From IMG/VR virus record IMGVR_UViG_3300009162_000006: a stretch of 20,000 nt of DNA; one strand, written 5' to 3'. Source of the DNA: an uncultured virus (IMG/VR IMGVR_UViG_3300009162_000006) (Duplodnaviria; Heunggongvirae; Uroviricota; Caudoviricetes). The notes beneath the pieces were generated by a model that was given only the letters and a program-made list of their open reading frames with translations, was not told where the DNA came from and made no database searches. Both the position numbers and the translations under genes were made by a program. Shown here in pieces: positions 1-7,348 of the stretch (positions are counted from its first letter, which is position 1; every line of letters starts with the position of its first letter).

Positions 1-158
1 ATGCCGTGCGCGTGCATGGCGACGTTTGCGTTGTCGAGCGCGCGGTCGACGGCGTCGGTGTCTCCGGCCGCAGTTTTCATCTCGCGAGCGAGAGCTCGTG
101 CCACGTCTGGGTCGAGTCGCAGCCACTCCTGCAGATTTTTTGCAGTAGCGGCGGGCAT
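1..158 (-). CDS. Hypothetical phage protein, running off the left edge (MPAATAKNLQEWLRLDPDVARALAREMKTAAGDTDAVDRALDNANVAMHAHG...)
   Basis: Not in the ORF track; translated by hand. ATG at 158-156 overlaps the TGA of the upstream gene (TGATG coupling) and the frame is open to the edge. Confidence 0.7.
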   Translation of the reverse strand, partial: MPAATAKNLQEWLRLDPDVARALAREMKTAAGDTDAVDRALDNANVAMHAHG

Positions 159-742
159 CACACCCCGCCAGGGATCTCTTCGACCGTCATCATGAACCCG
201 TTCTGCGGGACGTCAGCACTCCCGCTACCCTGGACGATGCGGAGCTTGACGATGCACAGTGGCGAGTTCGGGTCGGCCGGCGTCTTGTAGATCATCTCGA
301 GGCCGGCTGCCGTGCTATGCGCCGCCGTCGACGTGTTTGGGCGAAAGCGACCTTGCGGCGAGTCGGCTTGACCGACTTGCAGCGGGTTGTTCGCGTCGTC
401 CGTAAATTTCACGTCCATGAAACCGCCGGTCGCGTCGCTGAAGTTTTGGAAGTAGCCGAACGCGCGGAGCAGGTACGTCGTGCTCGGTTGGAGAGTCCAG
501 CGCGAGTTCGCGTACGAGATCCCGCGCGTGACTCCGACAACGTTGAGGTCGATGCTCGTCGGTGCTGTGACACCAGCCTGGTCGCTGCTCGCGCGCTTTG
601 CCCAACCGTAGTCGGGCAGGATGAGCCCGCCCTGCGCGAGCGCGTCGACCTGTTTGGAGATGTAGACTCGCCACTTGCCGATGAGGCTCGCGACGGAGTT
701 CTCGCCCTTTGCTCCGAGCAGTAATTCTAGTGCTGTCGACAT
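158..742 (-). CDS. Putative virion fibre/spike protein: shared N-terminal motif plus C1q/TNF/BclA-CTD-like beta-sandwich; paralog of 19529..>20000
   Basis: 194 aa, beta-rich. GISYANSRWTLQPSTTYLL resembles the C1q-type Y..TG.FT...PG.Y segment. Colinear similarity to the right-edge ORF (NFSDATGGF/NFSNTTAGF, DDANNPL/DTDNNPL, VKLRIVQGSGSADV/VKMRVVSATGTAEV). Confidence 0.6.
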   Translation of the reverse strand: MSTALELLLGAKGENSVASLIGKWRVYISKQVDALAQGGLILPDYGWAKRASSDQAGVTAPTSIDLNVVGVTRGISYANSRWTLQPSTTYLLRAFGYFQNFSDATGGFMDVKFTDDANNPLQVGQADSPQGRFRPNTSTAAHSTAAGLEMIYKTPADPNSPLCIVKLRIVQGSGSADVPQNGFMMTVEEIPGGV

Positions 743-745
743 CGT

Positions 746-1363
746 TCAGGCCGTGTGGTGGGTTCGGTAATACTCGACGCCCGCGCCGACTCCGGCGCCG
801 ACGAGCGCGCCGCCGGGTCCGCCGACGAGGAAGCCGATGCCGGCGCCGATGAGCGGCGTCACGAGTGAGAATTGCTGGGCCTTCTCGCCACCTGCGCCAG
901 CGGCCGGCGAGATCGAGGAAGCCGGTACGATCGCGAGCATCTGCCCGCCTCCCGCGGCGGCTTTGATGAGTGTCTGCGCTGTCGCGTCGTCCTTCGCGAT
1001 CGCGTAGGGCAGGTCGTCTGTGCTACCGTTCACGATGGCTGCGAGCTTGTCCGCGTCGACGAGGATGACCCAGCCGCTCTGTCGCGTCTTCAGTTGGTCG
1101 AGCGCGGTCATGCCGCCGCCCTGCATCGAGGCGACGTACGTGTAGAAGTCCGCGGCGGGGTCGAGCGACGGCTGCAGCGCGGGTTGGCCGTTGATGATCC
1201 GCCCAGACGCGGTCGGGCTCGACGCGAACCTGCTGGAGAGCAGGAGCACGGTCGTCTTCGCCGCGTCGGGCGTGAGGACGTTACTCGCGTCGTGCAGTGA
1301 CATCGCTGTCACTTGACCGAGTTGTCCTGCCGCTTGGTACTGGATCGCTTCGTAGACGAACAT
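746..1363 (-). CDS. Hypothetical protein with C-terminal glycine-zipper membrane anchor
   Basis: 205 aa, abutting its neighbours. C-terminus LIGAGIGFLVGGPGGALVGAGVGAGVEYYRTHHTA is a GxxxG-repeat hydrophobic hairpin. Confidence 0.7.
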   Translation of the reverse strand: MFVYEAIQYQAAGQLGQVTAMSLHDASNVLTPDAAKTTVLLLSSRFASSPTASGRIINGQPALQPSLDPAADFYTYVASMQGGGMTALDQLKTRQSGWVILVDADKLAAIVNGSTDDLPYAIAKDDATAQTLIKAAAGGGQMLAIVPASSISPAAGAGGEKAQQFSLVTPLIGAGIGFLVGGPGGALVGAGVGAGVEYYRTHHTA

Positions 1364-1867
1364 TCAAGCCTCCGCTTTTTCCTTGACTGTTGGCGAACCG
1401 AACGTCGCCGGGTCGATCACTCTGATGCCGCGACTCGCGAGCTCGTCGATCTCAGCGATCGCGACCCTCGCCAGCTCGACGGCCTCGTCGACCTCCTCGA
1501 GCGCGCGACTCTTCTCTTCGATGACCTCGCGCGTCTTCTTGAGCTTGAGCCAGAGCATCACTCCGACCGCGAGCGCGAGAATCACGGATGCCCCGAGCGC
1601 GTACCATACGCGGAACGCGACCTCCGCCACGGTGAACACCAGCGCGACGGCCTTGTTGAAGGCGAGCGCTGTGACGATGCGCTTCGCGCGCACTCTGAGG
1701 AGGGCGATCAACACCACGAGCTTCGATCGCTCCTGCGTCGCGACGGTCAGGGCGGACGAGAGCGACATCCTCTTCTGGAAGCGCTCGAACTTCGGGTCGC
1801 TCCCCATGTCCTTGAGGAACTTCTCGGCCTGGTGCGGGGGCACCTCGCGGACCTGCTGCTGCGCCAC
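1364..1867 (-). CDS. Hypothetical membrane protein with C-terminal coiled coil
   Basis: 167 aa, GTG start. Hydrophobic segments (AVALVFTVAEVAF; ALGASVILALAVGVMLWL followed by KLKK) precede a charged helical tail. Confidence 0.65.
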   Translation of the reverse strand: MAQQQVREVPPHQAEKFLKDMGSDPKFERFQKRMSLSSALTVATQERSKLVVLIALLRVRAKRIVTALAFNKAVALVFTVAEVAFRVWYALGASVILALAVGVMLWLKLKKTREVIEEKSRALEEVDEAVELARVAIAEIDELASRGIRVIDPATFGSPTVKEKAEA

Positions 1868-1873
1868 GAAACG

Positions 1874-1879
1874 AGTCTA
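1874..1879 (-). promoter_or_regulatory. Putative -10 element TAGACT, 6 nt upstream of GTG 1867 (leaderless-type)
   Basis: The minus strand reads GAGT-TAGACT-CGTTTC-GTG with no Shine-Dalgarno. The same spacing occurs at 5035 and 6330. Confidence 0.45.
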
Positions 1880-1881
1880 AC

Positions 1882-2148
1882 TCAGCATTGCAGCACGACG
1901 CCAGCCAGCGCGATGTTGAGCGGCGAATTTGGCCCTGGATAGTAGGCCCCGGTCCAGTCCGGTTGCGCCACGAGCCAGTCGAACTGCTGGTTAGTGACCG
2001 AGTCCCAAGCCTGCATAAGGAACTGCTGGACGGCGACCAGCGTGCCCGCGTTGATGCTCACGGTACTCGCGTAGCGCGGCGGCTGGCTCATGGCGCTGCC
2101 GAAACCCGTGACGATCGTGTCGATGTAAATGCCGGGTACGTCAGCCAT
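1882..2148 (-). CDS. Small hypothetical protein, probably virion-associated
   Basis: 88 aa. GAGGAAGC precedes the ATG, which lies 6 nt after the upstream stop. Trp/Tyr-rich C-terminal half. Confidence 0.7.
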   Translation of the reverse strand: MADVPGIYIDTIVTGFGSAMSQPPRYASTVSINAGTLVAVQQFLMQAWDSVTNQQFDWLVAQPDWTGAYYPGPNSPLNIALAGVVLQC

Positions 2149-2154
2149 GCTTCC

Positions 2155-3192
2155 TCACGCGAGCTGCGGGACGCTCTGGTTCCAGGGCATGATGATGTCG
2201 CTGAATTGCACGAACTGGTCGAGCGTGCCCGCCGCCGGGTAAGTGGTGCCGTCCGCGAAGTTCGTGAGGCCCCACCAGGCGTCGATGAGGCTCCCGATCG
2301 GACCGATGTGGCCGGCGGTGATCGAGTAGAGGCCGGCGGGAAACATCGGGTTCTCACCGGTCGCGTCGATCGGGGTGGTCTGAAAGATGCAGAGAGCTGA
2401 GTTGTCCTTACCCTCGCAAGTCCAGAGTACTTGGAGGCCGGCCGTGCTGTCACGGGCGCGCGGCAAGATCGCTGACGCAGAGCTCATCAGGTCGCCGAAG
2501 GTCGCCACTGTGCTCGCGTTCGAGCCGACGAGACAAGCGACCATCGGCACGGGCCAGTTCGCGCCGATGCGGTTGTTGACAGCTTCCATTTGCCAAAACC
2601 CGCGTGTCTGCCCGGCAGTGGTCAAGAGCACGCGATAAGCCAGACCGTCGGACGACTTCAGCACGTGCCAGCGAAACGTGGCGTCGGTCGTCTGCATGCC
2701 CCACGAAGTTGGAGATGGCCCGACGATGACCTCGTCGGTAGCCGTCGGACGAGCGGTCGCCGTGCCGTCAGTCCCGCCGTTCGCCGCGAAGAAGCCTCCC
2801 GACACGGACAGGATCATCGTGAAACTGGTCGTCGTCGCTGTACTTAGGTCTATGCAGATCTGGGCGGCACTGCCGCCGAGCTTCAGCACGATCCAAGAGT
2901 GGTTCACGCCTGCGGCAGCCCAGACGAGGCTCCCGTCCGCCGTCCAGCGGTCGACGTTGTCGTTGTTGCCGAATGAGCCCGCCCCGCCCGCGCCGTTGCA
3001 CGAGCCCTTGACGGTCATCGGGTTGGTCACCGCGATCGCGGCGTTCGTGCTGTCCGTCCAAGCACCGGTACCTATCAGCGAGTTCTTGACCGAGCGCAGT
3101 AGCAAGCGCCCGGTCGCGAGCGAGCTACCCTGCGCGGCGACTTGGTTATTGACTTGAAATTGCCAGGTTTTTACGAGTGCGGGGAGGGCCAT
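2155..3192 (-). CDS. Putative virion structural (fibre/spike-associated) protein
   Basis: 345 aa, G/A/S/T/W-rich with few charged residues and a beta-strand pattern. AGGAG RBS before ATG; lies within the fibre operon. Confidence 0.6.
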   Translation of the reverse strand: MALPALVKTWQFQVNNQVAAQGSSLATGRLLLRSVKNSLIGTGAWTDSTNAAIAVTNPMTVKGSCNGAGGAGSFGNNDNVDRWTADGSLVWAAAGVNHSWIVLKLGGSAAQICIDLSTATTTSFTMILSVSGGFFAANGGTDGTATARPTATDEVIVGPSPTSWGMQTTDATFRWHVLKSSDGLAYRVLLTTAGQTRGFWQMEAVNNRIGANWPVPMVACLVGSNASTVATFGDLMSSASAILPRARDSTAGLQVLWTCEGKDNSALCIFQTTPIDATGENPMFPAGLYSITAGHIGPIGSLIDAWWGLTNFADGTTYPAAGTLDQFVQFSDIIMPWNQSVPQLA

Positions 3193-3199
3193 GGTGCTC

Positions 3200-3640
3200 C
3201 TACGAGATGATGAGTTTCGCTTCGCGGATCTCGACGAAGTCGGTGTCGGCGCTCCCGCCGGTCGCCTCAGCTTGGAATTGATAGATGCGGTTCACCGGCA
3301 TGGCCGCGATCAAGTTGCCGCTCACCTGGCGGACCTCGGTCGTCGAGCTCGTGCCGGCGAGCGTGCTGCCGGGCACCGGGATGCCGGCCGTCATGTCGAA
3401 GAGCCTCACGGTCCCCGTGAGCACCGGGTTCGACACGAGCATGATCGCCTCGAGCACCGCGGACGTGAACGTGCCCGTGAAGTAGAACGCGCCGATCACG
3501 GTCCAGCCGCCAGGCGGGTCGGTCGCGACGGCCTGCACGAGCTCGTTGCCGCTCGGCCCGAACGCCGACGAGGCGTTGCTCCCGCCACCGGCTGGTCCTT
3601 GTGGCCCAGGAGGGCCGGCGGGTCCTTTACGTCGCCACAT
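3200..3640 (-). CDS. Mini-collagen protein (4 G-X-Y triplets) with C-terminal beta-sandwich domain
   Basis: 146 aa. MWRRK-GPAGPPGPQGPAG-GGS is followed by ~120 aa of alternating hydrophobic beta-strand pattern. Confidence 0.7.
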   Translation of the reverse strand: MWRRKGPAGPPGPQGPAGGGSNASSAFGPSGNELVQAVATDPPGGWTVIGAFYFTGTFTSAVLEAIMLVSNPVLTGTVRLFDMTAGIPVPGSTLAGTSSTTEVRQVSGNLIAAMPVNRIYQFQAEATGGSADTDFVEIREAKLIIS

Positions 3641-3643
3641 GCG

Positions 3644-5035
3644 TTACGCTTTCGGTGCGGCGATAGCGCCGTTGTTTGCGTTGTTCACGCCTGCAGCGAC
3701 ACCTGCCCACGTGAACACCACTCCGCCAACTATGATGTCGTTTACGCCAGGAGTTGTTCCAGCAAGCGTAGGTAACGTGATCCAGGTGAGAGCGCTGTCG
3801 CTTCGCACGCGCGCTGCAAAGCTTGCTTGATTCAGTGCGTTCGGAGCAACGCCACCCCAAAGAAGAGCTCCAGACAACGTGAGAGCGTATTTGCCGCCGT
3901 CGTCAACAGATACGAGAGCGTCGAGCACCCCGTTGCTACCAAAAAAACTTCGATCGATGATGTCTTCGAGGATCGCGCCGTTGGTCACGAACAAGTTGCA
4001 GAGACCGGTTCCACCACCGTCGTGCATGCAGCCCTGACCGCCAGCTTGTGAACCGTTGATGTACTGCGTGGCACCGTTGAAATGGCAGCTGTCGAACGTG
4101 CGTCCGATGAAGAGGCCGTATGTCAGACCTAGGACAGAATTTTGAAATCCACATGCTCCGTGTTCGTGAATCCCTTGAAAAACGAAAAAACCTGCTCCAC
4201 TGAATCTACAACCGAATAGTCGCCCATTCGTGGCAGCGCCGTTCACGCGCATCCAATTACGAGATTGCGCGGCAGTCGGTGAGACAAAGTCGACGTCGCG
4301 GATCGTGACCGTACCCAGGCCCGGCACTGTTACGTCGTAGCCTGCGAGCTGCGTCACAAAGTCTTCGACAACGTACGTCGTGCCGGCGACTGGATTTTGT
4401 GTCGAGAACGAGGGAGATATCGCGCTCACGGTCAGACCAGTGAATTGGCCGATGAGTCCGTTCGTCGGGCCGGTTCCGACGCTAGGCATGATCCAAGTAA
4501 TCGCTCCGTTGACTGCACCGCTCGTGCTGCGAATGCGTCGGCGGATTAGATTTGGAAAGTTTGCCGTCGCGTCAGTGATCGCGGGGCGAGTATTGGTGGT
4601 CGGATTCTTTGTCGTGTAGGTATCTATGTTGCCCGAGAACACTTGCGACATCTGCCCACTGACAGTGATGAGCGTGGCTCCCGGACTCGTGAAATTCAGG
4701 ATCAACTTTTGACCCGGGAATGATCCCGTGAGCGTGACGTCCACAGTGCTCAGTGTGGGCAGCAAAGTCCGACCCTCGAACCTGCGACCGAGCTCTTGGA
4801 CTGATTGAAGCGCTGTACTCGGAGTGAGACCGTCGCCTCCGTCATTTCCGGTTGTTGAATTGACGAAGAGGGGCGGATTCGCGAAGTATTCGAAACCGCC
4901 AGTGACACTGACCCCTCCTCCGCTGAGATTCGCTGTGTTCGCATCGACGTCACGGGAAATCGCCTGACGCCAGAGGCCGAGTCTCGAGCGGACGCTCTCT
5001 TCTGCGCCAACGAGCATGTCGAGCAGCTTGCCCAC
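3644..5035 (-). CDS. Putative tailspike/receptor-binding fibre with shared N-terminal motif and probable beta-helix body
   Basis: 463 aa. LFVNSTTGNDGGDGLTPSTALQSVQE matches the motif that commonly opens pectin-lyase-like right-handed beta-helix proteins. G/N/T/F-rich body and lower GC than the flanks. Confidence 0.6.
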   Translation of the reverse strand: MGKLLDMLVGAEESVRSRLGLWRQAISRDVDANTANLSGGGVSVTGGFEYFANPPLFVNSTTGNDGGDGLTPSTALQSVQELGRRFEGRTLLPTLSTVDVTLTGSFPGQKLILNFTSPGATLITVSGQMSQVFSGNIDTYTTKNPTTNTRPAITDATANFPNLIRRRIRSTSGAVNGAITWIMPSVGTGPTNGLIGQFTGLTVSAISPSFSTQNPVAGTTYVVEDFVTQLAGYDVTVPGLGTVTIRDVDFVSPTAAQSRNWMRVNGAATNGRLFGCRFSGAGFFVFQGIHEHGACGFQNSVLGLTYGLFIGRTFDSCHFNGATQYINGSQAGGQGCMHDGGGTGLCNLFVTNGAILEDIIDRSFFGSNGVLDALVSVDDGGKYALTLSGALLWGGVAPNALNQASFAARVRSDSALTWITLPTLAGTTPGVNDIIVGGVVFTWAGVAAGVNNANNGAIAAPKA

Positions 5036-5041
5036 GTGCCC

Positions 5042-5057
5042 AGCTTACCTTTATCCT
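5042..5057. promoter_or_regulatory. Back-to-back divergent -10 elements: TAAGCT (minus, 5047-5042) and TATCCT (plus, 5052-5057)
   Basis: The intergenic gap is 29 bp. The TAnnnT hexamers lie 6 nt before GTG 5035 and 7 nt before ATG 5065, and neither gene has an SD sequence. Confidence 0.5.
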
Positions 5058-5064
5058 GAGCGAC

Positions 5065-6027
5065 ATGGCACAGTTACGAGCACTCGTCACAGGGATCGGC
5101 GGTCAGGACGGCTCCTACCTCGCGGAATTCCTGCTCGAAAAGGGCTACGAGGTCCACGGTTTCGGTCGCCGGGGCACGAAGCCCATCGACGACCGCGTCA
5201 CGATGCACTTTGGCGACCTCGTCGACCCGGCGGCGCTCTGCGGCGCGATCGCCGAGTCCCAGCCCTCGGAGATCTACAATCTCGGCGCCGAGAGCCACGT
5301 CGGCGACAGTTTCAAGCAACCGGCGTACACGTGGCGCGCGACAGCGGAGCCGGTCCTGACGATCCTCGAGTACGTGCGCTGGAACATGCCGAAGTGCCGC
5401 GTCTACCAGGCGAGCTCGAGCGAGATGTTCGGTGTGATGCCGGCGCCGCAGGACGAGCACACGGCGTTCCTGCCCCAGAGCCCGTACGCGGTCGCGAAGT
5501 GCGCCGCGCACCAGACCGTGCAGATCTACCGGAAAGCGTACGGCGTCTTCGCCGTCGGCGGGATCCTCTTCAACCACGAGAGCGAGCGGAGGCCGAACCG
5601 CTTCGTGACGCGGAAGATCTCGCAGTCTGTCGCGCGCATCGCGCTCGGTCTCCAAGAAGCGCTCGTGCTCGGCAATCTCGAGGCGCGTCGCGACTGGGGT
5701 TACTCGCCCGATTTTGTGCGCGCCATGTGGCTCATGCTCCAGCAGGACGACCCGCTCGACTACGTCGTCGCGACAGGCGAGACGCACAGCGTGGGCGAGT
5801 TCGTCGCGCTCGCGTTTCACTACGTGGAGGAGTTCACGGGCAAGCGCTTCGACATCAACGAGCGCGTGCGCGTCGACGCCTCGTTCAAGCGGCCCGCAGA
5901 AGTTCCCGACCTATGCGGCGACGCGAGCCGCGCCGAGCAGAAACTCGGCTGGGTACCGACGGTGCGCTTCGCCGACCTAGTGCGGCGAATGGTGAAGCAC
6001 GATTTAGGGGGATCTGAGCAGCGCTGA
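5065..6027 (+). CDS. gmd: GDP-mannose 4,6-dehydratase
   Basis: Diagnostic motifs ALVTGIGGQDGSYLAEFLLEKGYEVHG, YNLGAESHV, YQASSSEMFG, PQSPYAVAK, GILFNHESERR, FVTRKI, LGNLEARRDWG, DYVVATGETHSV. Confidence 0.96.
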   Translation: MAQLRALVTGIGGQDGSYLAEFLLEKGYEVHGFGRRGTKPIDDRVTMHFGDLVDPAALCGAIAESQPSEIYNLGAESHVGDSFKQPAYTWRATAEPVLTILEYVRWNMPKCRVYQASSSEMFGVMPAPQDEHTAFLPQSPYAVAKCAAHQTVQIYRKAYGVFAVGGILFNHESERRPNRFVTRKISQSVARIALGLQEALVLGNLEARRDWGYSPDFVRAMWLMLQQDDPLDYVVATGETHSVGEFVALAFHYVEEFTGKRFDINERVRVDASFKRPAEVPDLCGDASRAEQKLGWVPTVRFADLVRRMVKHDLGGSEQR

Positions 6028-6330
6028 GATCTCGAAGTCGCCGTACGGGCTGGCGTTCTGCTGCTCCCCCGCTTGCGCGCGAAACATGTCGGCGATCATC
6101 TTCTTGTCGGAGATGCCGGCGTCGACGGCCTGCGACAGGGCCATCATGAACTTGCCGCGCGCCGAGTGGAGCGAGATCACGCCCTGCGCAGCTTTCAGCA
6201 TGTCTACGGTCCTCGTGCCGCTGATGCCGCCGTCGATGGCTTGGGAGATCGTGCGAGCCCAGCGCCCGAGCGGGCCGTACAAGCTTTGTTGACCGCCTGA
6301 AGCCTTGAGAAAATCGAGTGTGACGCTCAT
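6004..6330 (-). CDS. 108-aa protein built from ~3 tandem copies of the fibre N-terminal motif
   Basis: Units TLDFLKASGGQQSLYGPLGRWARTISQAIDGGISG / TVDMLKAAQGVISLHSARGKFMMALSQAVDAGISD / IADMFRAQAGEQQNASPYGDF. Its 3' end overlaps that of gmd by 24 nt. Confidence 0.75.
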   Translation of the reverse strand: MSVTLDFLKASGGQQSLYGPLGRWARTISQAIDGGISGTRTVDMLKAAQGVISLHSARGKFMMALSQAVDAGISDKKMIADMFRAQAGEQQNASPYGDFEISALLRSP

Positions 6331-6336
6331 GCCGCC

Positions 6337-6345
6337 AGGTTACCA
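6337..6345 (-). promoter_or_regulatory. Putative extended -10 element TGG-TAACCT, 6 nt upstream of ATG 6330
   Basis: The minus strand reads GTGG-TAACCT-GGCGGC-ATG with no SD. Confidence 0.5.
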
Positions 6346-6444
6346 CAGGATGCGCGCGGGAGAATTAGGCGTTAGAGTTCGTAAGTCATGAAAAAGGCGC
6401 CGCGGTGTATCACCACCCGGCGCCAGGACCACAGGAGCAACTCT

Positions 6445-6972
6445 ATGGCCTCGATCATCAAAGCACATTTTCTGGTTTTTTCGACTTTAATCGCTTGCAG
6501 TTCGAGTCACACGAACGACTTGTTCGGGCCGAGCGAAGCCGGGGCAGGGACGGGTGGTCAGGCGGGTTCGACACCGTTGAGCGGGGCCGCTGGCGTGGTG
6601 GCCATCGATTCAGGCGGGGCTGCCGGCACCGTGGGCGTCGATTCTGGGGGAGTTGCCGGAGCTGGTGGGAGCGCAGGTGAAAAACCTTGTGCGACCGGCG
6701 AGCAGCGCGACTGCTCGTGCGATAGCGCGACCGGCACGCAAGTCTGCACAGAAGGGGTATTCGGCGTCTGCGAGAATTCCGGCATGTGCTGCGGCGCTCC
6801 CGGAGGGTGGATCGGATGCGAGACGAACGGTTGCGCGGTGTGCGCGGAGCTCGTCTCCGGCTACCCGCATTACTTCGACAATCACCCCGACTGCTACGTG
6901 CTCACAGGCTGCAACGCCAATTACGGCAAGTGCAGCTCGTCGTGCCCGGCACCGAGCAGCGAAGATCTTTAG
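6445..6972 (+). CDS. Lipoprotein with Gly/Ala/Ser linker and 14-Cys C-terminal domain (myxobacterial style)
   Basis: AGGAG at 6433-6437 precedes ATG 6445. Signal peptide MASIIKAHFLVFSTLIA|C with lipobox-like LIAC, then a GGAAG-rich linker and a Cys-rich domain (CATGEQRDCSC...GTQVC...GCAVC...YFDNHPDC...CPAP). Confidence 0.75.
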   Translation: MASIIKAHFLVFSTLIACSSSHTNDLFGPSEAGAGTGGQAGSTPLSGAAGVVAIDSGGAAGTVGVDSGGVAGAGGSAGEKPCATGEQRDCSCDSATGTQVCTEGVFGVCENSGMCCGAPGGWIGCETNGCAVCAELVSGYPHYFDNHPDCYVLTGCNANYGKCSSSCPAPSSEDL

Positions 6973-7006
6973 TGTCAGATCGCCGAACGGTCGGCGTCTA
7001 TGGGGC

Positions 7007-7348
7007 ATGTTCGACACTCAAGAAGACCGACGCATCGTAGCCTACGCCATCGAGATCCTCGAGTCGGCTCGAGAGCAAGTTGTTCAACGCGAGTGGGGTG
7101 CGGAAGAAATCGTACTGCCAGCTTTCGATCACCTTCTGGAACGGCTTCGCGATGCAGACGTGGACGACCACTACGAGCTCCAAACGATCATGTTCGATCT
7201 ACGCATAGATGGTGGCTTGTTCTGGACACCAATAACCAAGTCCCTGCCGTGGCCGTCGAGCCCGTCACGCTGGCGTCTGGGATTCGCGTGCAAGAGCGCG
7301 GCGAGGGTGCTCGAAGAGCTGATCGGCGAGTACTGGCTCGATCCCTAG
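7007..7348 (+). CDS. Hypothetical acidic protein (113 aa, MFDTQEDRRIVAY...)
   Basis: Protein-like C-terminal half of track ORF 6653..7348. It fills the gap between the lipoprotein and the convergent epimerase, with ATG at 7007. Confidence 0.6.
   Translation: MFDTQEDRRIVAYAIEILESAREQVVQREWGAEEIVLPAFDHLLERLRDADVDDHYELQTIMFDLRIDGGLFWTPITKSLPWPSSPSRWRLGFACKSAARVLEELIGEYWLDP

Noticed and set aside
6388..6444. Upstream ATG 6388 as the lipoprotein start
   Set aside because: ATG 6445 has an AGGAG RBS and gives a normal-length signal peptide ending at LIAC.
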